Shown here one piece after another: positions 36,658 to 46,166 of a DNA stretch of 46,166 nt (its first letter is position 1; every line of letters begins with the position of its first letter). The stretch spans positions 1 to 46,166 of the forward strand of contig CAZMEQ010000007.1 of assembly GCA_964565345.1 (NCBI GenBank), written 5' to 3'. Under the pieces are notes generated by a model, which worked only from the letters and a program-made list of their open reading frames with translations, made no database searches and had not been told where the DNA came from. Made by a program: the position numbers and the translations under genes. The DNA is from an uncultured Gammaproteobacteria bacterium (GTDB taxonomy: Bacteria > Patescibacteriota > Patescibacteriia > UBA11705 > JABHMO01).

Positions 36658-39600
36658 CTACTTAACAAGTGCATAGGCAATTGCTCGTAAAACACCCCAT
36701 GCATATGATGAACCAGGAACAGTTTTATAAACCTTCGTAAATATTGCCAAAGCCTGTTTTTCTTTTTCTAAGTCACGTACAACTGGTCGTAAACGATACG
36801 CTAGTATGTCGACAAAATTGCTTTCATTGGGTGTAACTAAGGTTGTTACTTTATTGGCGATGTTTTTAAACTCATTTAATGCTTCATCCTTTTGTGGGCT
36901 TAAAGTGTCTGGTTTTTGCCCTAAGTAAATTTTAGATAAATTGCTCCAATCATTTTCTGTTGAGGGAAGCCTCTTAAAGAGCTCATTATAATCATTTAAA
37001 AGACCCGCTCTGTCACGCAAGGTTAGCCTCGAGGTTACAGCATTGCCATAAGCCAAAAAATGAATGCTCTCCCAATCCTTCCCTGCAGGTAATCGTTTTA
37101 CTATTTTTACAAATTCATTTAAGGCTGTTTTTTCTAAATTGAGGTTTTGTACTGGTCTAAAAGGCATGTAAATTACCTCTTCCACTGTTTTATCTTTAAC
37201 TTCTTCCTTTATGAATTCTTTTGTTTCTTTGTCTGGCTGTTCTGTTTTTTGAGAAGGCAGGTCTACTGGCTCCTCTGATACTTGTTGCTCTTCCTGGTCA
37301 CCAAATAACCAATTCCACCAAGATGAACCTCTTGTGACAACCCTAGCTGGTTCAACGCCCGCCATGAAGCCAGTTAAATGGCGTGTCAAAATATAAACCA
37401 AATCATCTCCTCCTAATTGCTCTGCCACTACGTAACAATGTCCACCTTCATCTAGTTCAACGTCGGCATAATTATCTGGATTGAAAACTTCCCCAACTTG
37501 ATCTTCCGTGCACTCTGGTATCTCCTCCGTGGTATTGTCATAATAGCGAGTAGCAATAACTCTATTTGTCAAAGAAACAACCCCTGGATACTCAAATGAA
37601 ATCAAAACAGGCTTGCTTAACATTATGTTTGAGTTTAAACCACTGTTGAATTCAACTAAAATAGCTGAATTTATTAATCCAGAAATTTCAGCGCTTAAAT
37701 CTAAATCAACACTTTCAAAAAGGCCGCTCCAATCTTCACTCGTTGTAAAGGTAGTCCCACTAGCCGCTTTAAATGTTACTGGTTGTTCACCAACTAAAAT
37801 TTCCACATTAATAGGATCTACCACAGTACCTGCATAAATACCTCCACCCAAAGATTCCATTGAAATAGCCGGAATAATTGGATCTTCACCACCTTCTCCA
37901 AAATCAAGACTTATGGTACCAGAACCGACCTCACTAATATCAATCACACTTTCGTAAACCGAATAGACATCAGGATCGCCGTCTGGTGTTCCACCAGCAA
38001 ACCAAAAGGCTCCAACGGTTAAATTGTCTTGCCCCTCGACTAAAGGAACATACATTGTTGTACTCCCAGGCTCCGGCAAAATAACGATTCCACCTGGTTC
38101 ACCATCCATACTTTCACCATACCAGCCCGCAACATATATAGGCTGTTCTTCCCAATTAGTCCAAAGAACTTCGATATCCAACTCATAGTAATCTCCTTCT
38201 GGGATTTCGTTCCAAAGGGTATAGCCGCCTTCTTCTTCATCTTCCCCTAAATTAATTGTAATTGCGGAACTACCTACCGCACTGATATCAATTAAACTCT
38301 CATAGGTTTCTGAAACATCCGGATCGCCGTCGGAGTCGCCATCAGCAAACCAAGCCGCCTGAACCGTTAAACTGTCTTGGCCCTCAACTAACGGAATATA
38401 CAAGATCGTACTACCAGGCTGTGACAAGACAGCATAACCATCCGGAGAGCCTTCAGCTGTCGCGCCATACCAGCCCGCAACATAGATTGGCTGTTCTACC
38501 CAATCAGCCCAGAGGACTTCAACATCCAACTCATAATAATCCCCCGCTGGAACCTCGTCCCACAAAACAGCATCTTCTTCCTCCTGTTCATTAAAATCAA
38601 ATGTAACTGGTTTTAAATTCTCATCCAAAAGAAATTCCATTTCCTTGGCATCATAAAACTCATTTTGCAAAGAAGAAATTACAATTAGCCTTTGATCAAC
38701 AATACCTTCCGTTGTTTTCATAGCAACTGGTAAATAGGGAGAGTCTTCATCAAGATAACCATCTTCTAAACTCGTACGTGTGTTGTTGCCAAATTCGTTG
38801 CTGATTGTAATTTCGATACCGACGATTGGAATTTCGCCATTCATTACTCTAATAGTGGGAGAGTAGGCTAACAATAACGGTGCTGTGCCCTCCACTTGCG
38901 CCGCCTCAAACGTACTCCATGGAACCACAATCATATTACCATCGGAATCAGCCGTACTATAGACATCATAAATAGAAGAATTTGAAACATTCCCAATAAA
39001 GGCATTATTTGACGAGCTCCCAGACACCCAAAAACCATAGCTAGAAGAATCTATTTCGACATTTTCAAATGCATTACTAATTGAATCAGCAACTTTAATT
39101 CCGGCATAATAGGCCTGTTCTCCTGAGATATAAAATGGATCAGAAGATCCTTCAGCTATACTAACTCCAGCCGCCAAAAATAAACCTTCATTATAAGTAT
39201 AAGAACTTCCGGAACTTGAAATAGCGTCCTCAATAAAAACAGCAACTGCCACCTCACTCATCTCAAACGCCGCTTCTATGTCACCAGCTGAAGAAAACTT
39301 AGAATCTTTTACAAATAGAGCGAATAACATTTCTCCGTCATCTATAAGTGCAAAGTCCAAATTTTCTTCTGGATAATTGCTCAGAACGTCAGTAACATCC
39401 GTGTTGTTTTCACTAATTTCGCAGATATACTTAGGACAATTATCTGGATCAAGAATCCCCAGAGTAGTGTATTGAACTGCCTCATAAGTAAAAACAGAAT
39501 ACCCAGCTGAATATACAAAATTCGTATCTGTGGCTCCCTGAATTAACATGTTTTCGAAATAATTATTATCTGAATTATTTAGATAAATACTGTTACTATT

Positions 39601-41580
39601 TAAAGGGGCGTCGATAATTGTTGTTTCTCCAGCCCCTGTAATAGTCATGTTATTTTTATCTTCCAAGACAATGCCACCATTATAAGTCCCGTCAGCGATG
39701 TAAACCGTATCTCCACTTCTTAAGGATTCTATAATATCTGTATTATTAGCATGTACAGTTTCATAATCAACTTCAGCATCATCGTCGATATAAATAGTCG
39801 TAATACGTTCAGCAGAATATGCCCCAATATCATCAGTCCCATTAACATCTAATAATAAGCTCATTGGCGCTAACTCTAAAGTATCACCCATAAATATTGG
39901 ATCAACATTATACAAATTATTTGCACCATTAGTTACTGAAACCTCATAAGTATAATCGCCCCAATCTTCAACTGATGACGAATCCGAGATTATGTCATTA
40001 TAATCATAACTAAAAGTCACAGAAGTATTATCACAATTTTTTTGGTATACAACAGGGGTTGTTTTCCCACTAACAATAATAATGTTGTTATTAACCAAAC
40101 CAGTTACTGTTTCCGTATTACTACTGTGTGATTCTGGTGTGGGGCATTGAACGTCCGCAAAATGTATTGCAACCGAACTACCAGAATCAACACCACCAAA
40201 ATCAATTGTATTATTTTCAACTGTAAACGAAGCTGAATCTTCCACAATATCAGAACGCCCCACTAAATCGATTACCCTTATATACACTTCAGTTTCGGCC
40301 TCCGGATATGAAATATAATTACCACTAATTACTGCGTGGCCAGCCGCTGCTATGGCTCCACCAAACGCATCATCAGTTATTTCTGTATGATATGTGAAGT
40401 AATTATTTTGGATGTAATTAACACTGGTTGAAGTGCCTATTAAATCGGTGATGAGCGATGAGTTAAACACATCTGTCCCATAATAGACATCAACGCTGTT
40501 TCCAATAAATTCAAAATCTTCAATAAAGATAGGTCCACCAGCTATTAATTTACCACCACAATCACCCCCACCCCACGCACAAAACTCAATTCCTTCATTT
40601 AATATGAATTCATTATCGGAGACAACTGCCCCCGGAGCACTTATTTTTAAGCCAATATCTTCAAAAGCACAATTTTGTATTGTTGTACCAGGTCCATTAA
40701 TCTGGAAATAATTATCCGCATTAACGAATTCTACCAATGACGGGGTACTGATAGAGACATCATCCAAATAAGCAAACATGTTTGGGCCAGGAATCATAAA
40801 TATTAAGGTAATAGTTCCACTTTCTGGAACAGGGATATCTGCTATAGCCCATTGTTCATACCCACCCTCCATTGGAGGCACTCCAACGGACCACATACGT
40901 CCCGGCCCAGGAGTAAAAATTGTGTCTTCCCCAAGTGCGGTCCAACCGCCTTCAAGTCCAAAATTATAATATTCAGTTTCGTTGCCCCAACTGTCATTTG
41001 ACAAATAGGTAAAAATATCACTGCCCATGCCCCCTGTGCCCTTAACATAAAAAGAGATATCCATTAATTCTCTAGGGATTAAACCTGTTATTGTTTGTCT
41101 GACATGATAACCTAGACTATCGCCATCATTTAGAAGATAAAACGCATTACTGCCACTGTTAGCATTTTCAAACACTTGAGCAAAAGTTCCAGTTCCTGGT
41201 GACCCAGGCATACCCGAGGCTCCAGTAGCCCAAGTATCTCCGAGTTCAAGTTCAAAGCCACCGTTGTTTACAACTTCCTCCGGGTCTCCGGCTGACCATC
41301 GGCCAAAGCTAAAGTTATTACTTTGGCAATCGACAGTTAAGTCCGCGGTCTCAGGAAAGACAACTGGATATGATTCTGCCTGTGGATTATATGTGTCTGA
41401 CAAAACTATGGTGTCTCCTAATTGTGCTATAGCTAAGGCATCAGCCAAAGTACTTTCACCGCCCTCTCCAACAGTAATCGTGCCAGGAACATCAGCCAAA
41501 GCCTGATAAACCACCAACGCGGTACAAATAAAACAGACCAATAAGCTCAAAACCAGGATATTAATTTTGTTTTTTTGCAT
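36658..41580 (-). CDS. Very large acidic secreted/surface protein (about 1640 aa)
   Basis: Signal peptide ending ALA-D, CBM-like segment (NNGGFE...W), beta-helix-like segments (VYIADGTY...ITGAG), tandem 116-aa repeats, helical C-terminal repeats. ATG 41580 is preferred over TTG 41586. Confidence 0.85.
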   Translation of the reverse strand: MQKNKINILVLSLLVCFICTALVVYQALADVPGTITVGEGGESTLADALAIAQLGDTIVLSDTYNPQAESYPVVFPETADLTVDCQSNNFSFGRWSAGDPEEVVNNGGFELELGDTWATGASGMPGSPGTGTFAQVFENANSGSNAFYLLNDGDSLGYHVRQTITGLIPRELMDISFYVKGTGGMGSDIFTYLSNDSWGNETEYYNFGLEGGWTALGEDTIFTPGPGRMWSVGVPPMEGGYEQWAIADIPVPESGTITLIFMIPGPNMFAYLDDVSISTPSLVEFVNADNYFQINGPGTTIQNCAFEDIGLKISAPGAVVSDNEFILNEGIEFCAWGGGDCGGKLIAGGPIFIEDFEFIGNSVDVYYGTDVFNSSLITDLIGTSTSVNYIQNNYFTYHTEITDDAFGGAIAAAGHAVISGNYISYPEAETEVYIRVIDLVGRSDIVEDSASFTVENNTIDFGGVDSGSSVAIHFADVQCPTPESHSSNTETVTGLVNNNIIIVSGKTTPVVYQKNCDNTSVTFSYDYNDIISDSSSVEDWGDYTYEVSVTNGANNLYNVDPIFMGDTLELAPMSLLLDVNGTDDIGAYSAERITTIYIDDDAEVDYETVHANNTDIIESLRSGDTVYIADGTYNGGIVLEDKNNMTITGAGETTIIDAPLNSNSIYLNNSDNNYFENMLIQGATDTNFVYSAGYSVFTYEAVQYTTLGILDPDNCPKYICEISENNTDVTDVLSNYPEENLDFALIDDGEMLFALFVKDSKFSSAGDIEAAFEMSEVAVAVFIEDAISSSGSSYTYNEGLFLAAGVSIAEGSSDPFYISGEQAYYAGIKVADSISNAFENVEIDSSSYGFWVSGSSSNNAFIGNVSNSSIYDVYSTADSDGNMIVVPWSTFEAAQVEGTAPLLLAYSPTIRVMNGEIPIVGIEITISNEFGNNTRTSLEDGYLDEDSPYLPVAMKTTEGIVDQRLIVISSLQNEFYDAKEMEFLLDENLKPVTFDFNEQEEEDAVLWDEVPAGDYYELDVEVLWADWVEQPIYVAGWYGATAEGSPDGYAVLSQPGSTILYIPLVEGQDSLTVQAAWFADGDSDGDPDVSETYESLIDISAVGSSAITINLGEDEEEGGYTLWNEIPEGDYYELDIEVLWTNWEEQPIYVAGWYGESMDGEPGGIVILPEPGSTTMYVPLVEGQDNLTVGAFWFAGGTPDGDPDVYSVYESVIDISEVGSGTISLDFGEGGEDPIIPAISMESLGGGIYAGTVVDPINVEILVGEQPVTFKAASGTTFTTSEDWSGLFESVDLDLSAEISGLINSAILVEFNSGLNSNIMLSKPVLISFEYPGVVSLTNRVIATRYYDNTTEEIPECTEDQVGEVFNPDNYADVELDEGGHCYVVAEQLGGDDLVYILTRHLTGFMAGVEPARVVTRGSSWWNWLFGDQEEQQVSEEPVDLPSQKTEQPDKETKEFIKEEVKDKTVEEVIYMPFRPVQNLNLEKTALNEFVKIVKRLPAGKDWESIHFLAYGNAVTSRLTLRDRAGLLNDYNELFKRLPSTENDWSNLSKIYLGQKPDTLSPQKDEALNEFKNIANKVTTLVTPNESNFVDILAYRLRPVVRDLEKEKQALAIFTKVYKTVPGSSYAWGVLRAIAYALVK
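37884..38565 (-). repeat. Two tandem 116-aa (348-bp) domain repeats inside the surface protein
   Basis: LWDEVPAGDYYELDVEVLWADWVEQPIYVAGWYG... versus LWNEIPEGDYYELDIEVLWTNWEEQPIYVAGWYG...; about 70 of 108 positions identical by hand alignment. Confidence 0.9.
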
Positions 41581-41708
41581 ATACAAAAAAATTTTATGGA
41601 TAATGCTGCATTACATTTATATTATACCACATTTTTAACGCCCCCCCCAGTTTGACTTGACTAGTTCTGTGGATATTGTTATTTATAAATACCTAAAAAC
41701 AGAAGCGG

Positions 41709-41800
41709 AAATAAAAAATGTACGGCCGCACGTTCGTGCGGTAGGGAACAAAGATTTTTGTTCCCTACAATGCGTATGCATTGTCCGTACATTTTTTATT
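41709..41800. repeat. Composite palindromic repeat, copy 2
   Basis: Same outer stem and side arms as 17298-17387, with central hairpin GTAGGGAACAAA/TTTGTTCCCTAC. Lies right after the rpsR stop. Confidence 0.85.
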
Positions 41801-41802
41801 CT

Positions 41803-42021
41803 TTATCTATTTACAAACGGTAAAATTGCCATTATTCTAGCTCTTTTTATGGCTAAAACCAACTTACGCTGATGAGTGCTACATGTGCCAGTCCTTTTTT
41901 TAGGTAGAATCTTGGCATATGAAGATAAGAATTTACGTAATAATTGGGCATCTTTGAAGTCAACGTCCTTGACTCCATTAACGCAGAAGTAGCAACGTCT
42001 GTCTTTTTTGGTATTGTTCAT
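41803..42021 (-). CDS. rpsR: 30S ribosomal protein S18, with CxxC...C..H zinc-type residues
   Basis: CYFC, DFKD..LL.KF.S...KILP...TG.C..HQR.L..AIKRAR. Confidence 0.97.
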   Translation of the reverse strand: MNNTKKDRRCYFCVNGVKDVDFKDAQLLRKFLSSYAKILPKKRTGTCSTHQRKLVLAIKRARIMAILPFVNR

Positions 42022-42039
42022 AATATTAATTGGAATTTA

Positions 42040-42486
42040 TTAGAAAGGGATGTTCTCCACCTTAATTTCCTCTTCATCTTCCTGTTCTATTGTAGGTAGC
42101 TCTGTATTTTGAGCCTCTGCAACAAACGAATTGTTTGAGCGTGGAGAACCCTCTCCTCCAACACGATCTAACATGATCATGTTATCAGCGATAACTTCGG
42201 TCCTGTAACGTTTAACACCGTCTTGTCCATCCCAACTACGTGTTTGTAATCTACCTTCAATATAGACCTTACTGCCCTTTTTCAAATATTGAGCACAAAT
42301 CTCAGCTAATTTACGCCAAACAACAACATTATGATATTCAACCTTCTCTTGTTTTTGTCCATTATTATCTGTCCAGACATAATTGGTGGCGACACTGAAG
42401 GCTGAAACTGAAGTTCCTTGGGGGGTTGTTCGTGTTTCTGGGTCAGAAGTTAAACGGCCAATAATCATCGCTTTATTTAAATCCAT
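42040..42486 (-). CDS. ssb: Single-stranded DNA-binding protein
   Basis: NK....[18 protein letters not shown], acidic C-terminal IPF tail. Confidence 0.97.
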   Translation of the reverse strand: MDLNKAMIIGRLTSDPETRTTPQGTSVSAFSVATNYVWTDNNGQKQEKVEYHNVVVWRKLAEICAQYLKKGSKVYIEGRLQTRSWDGQDGVKRYRTEVIADNMIMLDRVGGEGSPRSNNSFVAEAQNTELPTIEQEDEEEIKVENIPF

Positions 42487-42511
42487 AGATTTATACTTAA
42501 TTATAAGATGA

Positions 42512-43093
42512 TTACAAAATTTCTTCAGTTAAAATCTCGTCGATCTTCTTGTCGATATCTTCCATCGACACTTTAACGGCCTTTTTCTTTGGGGCCTCTT
42601 TAGTCGCAACGTCAACTTCAACAGCAGGTGTTTCATTTTTTGCTTCTACAGATTTTGCCACTGTTGTGCGTTTTGCTGTTTTGCGCACTCCGTCTCGTTT
42701 TACACGATCCTTGTTATTTTGTTCCATTTCCTTAAGTTCATCCTCTTTTTCCTGACGCAGCTTTTCTTGTAATTCTTTTTCGCGCTTCATTTCTTCTTCA
42801 GTACGGACACGCTTAGTAATTAAAAGATGGCGCAACAACTCATTCTTCAACTTTAATAAGTCATCTAACTTTTTAATATTTTCAGCTTCCATATCAAACT
42901 CAACCACAACATAAGTCCCCTGGTGTGTGAATTTTATAGGAAAAGCCAAACGTTGTTTACCCAAAACTTGTTCTGAGGTAACAACGCCTCCGAACTCTTT
43001 TAGCAAACCTGACACTTGATCCATTACCTGCTGAAGTTCAGACTCCAAATACTTAATGGATACTATGTAGGTTAACTCATAGTGTTTCTGCAT
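42512..43093 (-). CDS. rpsF: 30S ribosomal protein S6 with long charged C-terminal extension
   Basis: YEL.YI, G..RLAFPI, G.Y....F and LRHL..K motifs; rpsF-ssb-rpsR order. ATG 43093 is preferred over GTG 43099. Confidence 0.93.
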   Translation of the reverse strand: MQKHYELTYIVSIKYLESELQQVMDQVSGLLKEFGGVVTSEQVLGKQRLAFPIKFTHQGTYVVVEFDMEAENIKKLDDLLKLKNELLRHLLITKRVRTEEEMKREKELQEKLRQEKEDELKEMEQNNKDRVKRDGVRKTAKRTTVAKSVEAKNETPAVEVDVATKEAPKKKAVKVSMEDIDKKIDEILTEEIL

Positions 43094-43373
43094 AGTCACA
43101 TTGTTGGTCTATTCTATAATTCTCGAGACGAGAATTAGTGGCCTAATGCGTAGAATATACCTTATTAATTAAATCGAAGTTATATTAACACAAGGTGGCA
43201 CTTTTTTCAAGGGTCGAATAAGAATAATCTCAAATCAGCCTTAAATAGGCTAAATTTAGTGAAAAATAAAATAAATACTAGTATATTTTTCAAAATCATG
43301 CTATTTTATAATTGATGCTAGTTTAAATAATTAAACTGGCAATTTTTTATAAATAATTTACTTTGATAAAAGT

Positions 43374-44660
43374 ATGGATGCCCAAATTAAAACTATCATT
43401 AAACAAATCTGTGCAGAAAAGGGAATTTCCGAAGAGTCTGTTATCGAAACCATTAATTCTGCCTTGGCTGCTGCTTATCGTAAAGACTTTGGCGACAAAA
43501 TGCAAAACGTTATGGCTGAATTTGAGTTAGGGACTGGAGAAACAAAAATTTATGACGTCAAAGAAGTTGTCGAAGACCTAACAGAAGAAGAATTAGCCGA
43601 AATAGAACGTGTCAAAGCAGAAAGAGAGGCTATACGTGCAGCTCTAGAAAGTGGAGAAATTACAGCCGAAGAACTAAAAAAGAAACGAGAAGAAGAAGCT
43701 GAAAGACAAAGCGAAGAAGAAACCGATGAAAATGATGAAGATGGAAAGCGCCGTTTTAACCCTCGCACCATGATTCAATTAAAAGATGCCAAAGAAGTCA
43801 ATAAGAAATATAAATTAGGAGATTTTGTTAAAACTGAATTAGAAATCCCAGGCACTTTTGGCCGCATGGCTGCACAAACTGCCAAGCAAGTTATCATACA
43901 ACGCTTAAAAGAAGCTGAACGCAATGTAATTTACCAAGACTATAAAGATCAAGAAGGAGAAATCGTAACTGGTTTAGTACAAAAAATAGAAGGACCAAAT
44001 ATTATTGTTGAAATAGATAAAACAACTGGAGTTTTACCTCCAAATGAACAAATCCGACGTGAACGCTATCATATTGGGGATCGCATTAAGGTTTATATTA
44101 TGAGCGTTTCTCTTACCACAAGAGGCTCCGAAATAATTTTATCTCGTAAACACCCAGACATTGTTAGACGTTTATTTGTTTTGGAAATTCCCGAAATTGC
44201 CAATGGAACTATTATTATTAAAAACATTGCGCGTGAAGCTGGTGCTCGAAGCAAAGTTGCGGTCTTTACTGATGATGAAAACATTGACCCTATCGGATCA
44301 TGCATTGGCCAACGCGGAGCTCGCATTCAAACTATTATAAATGAACTCAATGGCGAAAAAATTGATATCATTGAATATAGCGATAATGCTACAAAATATA
44401 TCAGCAATTCTCTTCTTCCTGCAAAAATAGTAAAAGTGGAGCTTGACGAAGAAAATAAAGAAGCCACAGTAACCGTACCACAAGATCAACTATCATTAAC
44501 GATTGGAAGATCTGGACAAAATGTTCGCTTGGCTAGCAAGTTAACTGGCTGGAAGCTTAATATTATTGAAAAAGAAACTGGGAAAGAAATAACTGAAGAA
44601 GAGATTGAATCCGGAGAATTAGAGCAAGCAACTGAGAAAACGACCGAAAGTGCCGAATAA
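43374..44660 (+). CDS. nusA: Transcription factor NusA
   Basis: FGRMAAQTAKQVI.Q, S1 domain, AREAG.RSKVAV, G.CIG.RG.R and IG..GQNVRLA KH motifs. Confidence 0.96.
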   Translation: MDAQIKTIIKQICAEKGISEESVIETINSALAAAYRKDFGDKMQNVMAEFELGTGETKIYDVKEVVEDLTEEELAEIERVKAEREAIRAALESGEITAEELKKKREEEAERQSEEETDENDEDGKRRFNPRTMIQLKDAKEVNKKYKLGDFVKTELEIPGTFGRMAAQTAKQVIIQRLKEAERNVIYQDYKDQEGEIVTGLVQKIEGPNIIVEIDKTTGVLPPNEQIRRERYHIGDRIKVYIMSVSLTTRGSEIILSRKHPDIVRRLFVLEIPEIANGTIIIKNIAREAGARSKVAVFTDDENIDPIGSCIGQRGARIQTIINELNGEKIDIIEYSDNATKYISNSLLPAKIVKVELDEENKEATVTVPQDQLSLTIGRSGQNVRLASKLTGWKLNIIEKETGKEITEEEIESGELEQATEKTTESAE

Positions 44661-44696
44661 ATTTTACTCTAACAATAAAAACTAAACGCACTTTCT

Positions 44697-45443
44697 ATGA
44701 TAGAACTATTCAACACAGTCCTTTACCAACCAATTTTAAATTTGCTTGTTTGGCTCTACAACATAATCCCAGGCAATGACATTGGCTTAGCCATTATTAT
44801 TTTGACAGTAATAATTAAAATCTTACTGGCACCATTTACTTTACAAAGCCTTAGGTCTCAAAAAGCCCTGCAAGAACTTCAGCCCAAAATGGAAGCTATC
44901 AAGAAACAGTATTCTGATAATAAAGAAAAGCTTGCCTCTGAAACAATGAAATTGTATAAAGAGCAAAAGGTCAATCCACTTTCTTCTTGTTTGCCAATTC
45001 TTATCCAATTTCCTTTTCTTATTGCTGTTTATCAGGCCTTCCGTGTTGGTTTAACTGCTGAAAATTTAGAACTAATTTATCCATTCATTCACAACCCAGG
45101 ACACATTAATGCTCTTTCTTTTGGCTTAGTTAATTTAGCGGCACCCAGTTTAATTTTAGCTATCATGGCAGGTATTGCACAATTCTTTCAAACCAAAATG
45201 ATGTCCACCAAAAAGCCAGCCAAAGACATCAAGGCCAGTAAGGATGAAAGCGCTATGGCCAGCATGAACAAAACCATGCTTTACTTTATGCCTGCTTTTA
45301 CAGTCATAATTGGAGCCTCTTTGCCTGGCGGGTTAACCCTATACTGGTTGGTCACAACGCTTTTGACAATTGCACAGCAACAACTCTTTATGAAGCCAAA
45401 CAATAAACCAGCAATAATTGAAGGCGAAGTAATAACCAAATAG
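44697..45443 (+). CDS. yidC: YidC/Oxa1 membrane protein insertase, short form
   Basis: G.AII.LT..IK..L.P, LQP....IK, NP...CLP.LIQ.P and GL.LYW motifs. Confidence 0.93.
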   Translation: MIELFNTVLYQPILNLLVWLYNIIPGNDIGLAIIILTVIIKILLAPFTLQSLRSQKALQELQPKMEAIKKQYSDNKEKLASETMKLYKEQKVNPLSSCLPILIQFPFLIAVYQAFRVGLTAENLELIYPFIHNPGHINALSFGLVNLAAPSLILAIMAGIAQFFQTKMMSTKKPAKDIKASKDESAMASMNKTMLYFMPAFTVIIGASLPGGLTLYWLVTTLLTIAQQQLFMKPNNKPAIIEGEVITK

Positions 45444-45446
45444 TTT

Positions 45447-45752
45447 ATGTTAATGGATTTTAAAACCTTACGCGATTTACCAGTCGAGACAGAAACAGGG
45501 CTAATGCTTGGCCATGTACACGATATAATTGTAGAAACCAATAGTTTAGTTATCAAACAAATTGCCGTTAACCATCACAAATTAATCATGCTAGACGATG
45601 ACATTCTCATCTCAACCGAACAAATTATTTCTGTAACCGAGCAAAAAATTGTGGTGGCTGATAATATAAAAAAATTTTTAGTAAATGACGTCGAATCGCA
45701 AAAAATCACCAATGAATCGGTTGCCACTCTTAGTGCTGAAACGCAGAATTAA
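45447..45752 (+). CDS. PRC-barrel domain protein
   Basis: L.DLPV.TE.G..LG.V.DI...I....I.S.....I.V pattern. Confidence 0.7.
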   Translation: MLMDFKTLRDLPVETETGLMLGHVHDIIVETNSLVIKQIAVNHHKLIMLDDDILISTEQIISVTEQKIVVADNIKKFLVNDVESQKITNESVATLSAETQN

Positions 45753-45757
45753 ATTAT

Positions 45758-46166
45758 ATGAATTATTCTGTTTTAGAACAAAAAATTCTAAAAACAGTGG
45801 CCTACTTTGATCTTTTTGATTTTCCATTAACGGCTTGGGAGGTCTTTCGTAACCTTTATACAGCTCAGAATGAAAGCTATCTCGAAATATCGAAAAGTTT
45901 AATGCAATTACAAAAAATAAAAGCTCTTGAGTTTAACCAGGGCTTTTATTTTTTACCAACCAGAAAAAGCATTTGCTCGCTCCGCCACAATCGTTACCTA
46001 ATTGCTCAGAAAAAAATGCGCTGGGCACTAAGATATGCTCGTATTATTAAAAACCTGCCCTTTGTGGAGGCGATTTTTATCTGCAACTCCCTTGCCTACC
46101 AAAACAGCAAAGAAAGTAGCGACATAGATTTTGCCATTATTACCAAGGCTGAGCATATTTGGACTT
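45758..46166 (+). CDS. Probable nucleotidyltransferase-fold protein, 3' truncated; not in the ORF track
   Basis: Manual translation MNYSVLEQKILKTVAYFDLFDFPLT...LPFVEAIFICNSLAYQNSKESSDIDFAII, with the [GN]S...SDxD pol-beta-type motif. Confidence 0.7.
   Translation, partial: MNYSVLEQKILKTVAYFDLFDFPLTAWEVFRNLYTAQNESYLEISKSLMQLQKIKALEFNQGFYFLPTRKSICSLRHNRYLIAQKKMRWALRYARIIKNLPFVEAIFICNSLAYQNSKESSDIDFAIITKAEHIWT

Noticed and set aside
43145-43175. dif-like site (AATGCGTAGAA-TATACC-TTATTAATTAA)
   Set aside because: The XerD arm matches only TTAT; the sequence lies in the AT-rich rpsF leader.
1-46166. CRISPR arrays, tRNA/rRNA genes, integrase or transposase genes
   Set aside because: No regularly spaced repeats, no tRNA cloverleaf with a T-loop GTTCRA motif and no recombinase motifs were seen by eye; tRNAscan-SE and CRISPR finders would confirm.

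Overview
AT-rich bacterial chromosomal segment of housekeeping genes: infB, ftsH, rpoBC, murE, rbfA, nrnA, gyrA, rpsA, rny, ymdB, hup, clpP, ftsK, recA, rpsR-ssb-rpsF, nusA and yidC. Compact rpoB/infB, scarce Shine-Dalgarno motifs, broken canonical operons and the hypothetical genes suggest a Patescibacteria/CPR (Parcubacteria-like) genome; this is inference. No rRNA, tRNA, CRISPR array, integrase or transposase was found. The most interesting signals are non-coding or accessory. (1) A ~430-nt promoter-to-terminator RNA-like unit between clpP and ftsK has several long stems and two perfect long-range complements. (2) A perfect 117-bp duplication of the rny 3' end brackets a 1.4-kb integrase-less single-gene insert. 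(3) Two copies of a four-way-junction repeat share their flanks but carry different GTAG/CTAC REP-type hairpins in the centre. (4) Three single-gene high-GC cassettes each have their own consensus promoter; one is a diguanylate cyclase missed by the ORF track. (5) There are further promoter-driven structured RNAs upstream of rny and downstream of vanW, and a 1.6-kaa acidic surface protein with unrecognised repeats. All protein calls are motif recognition by eye; no database search was run.
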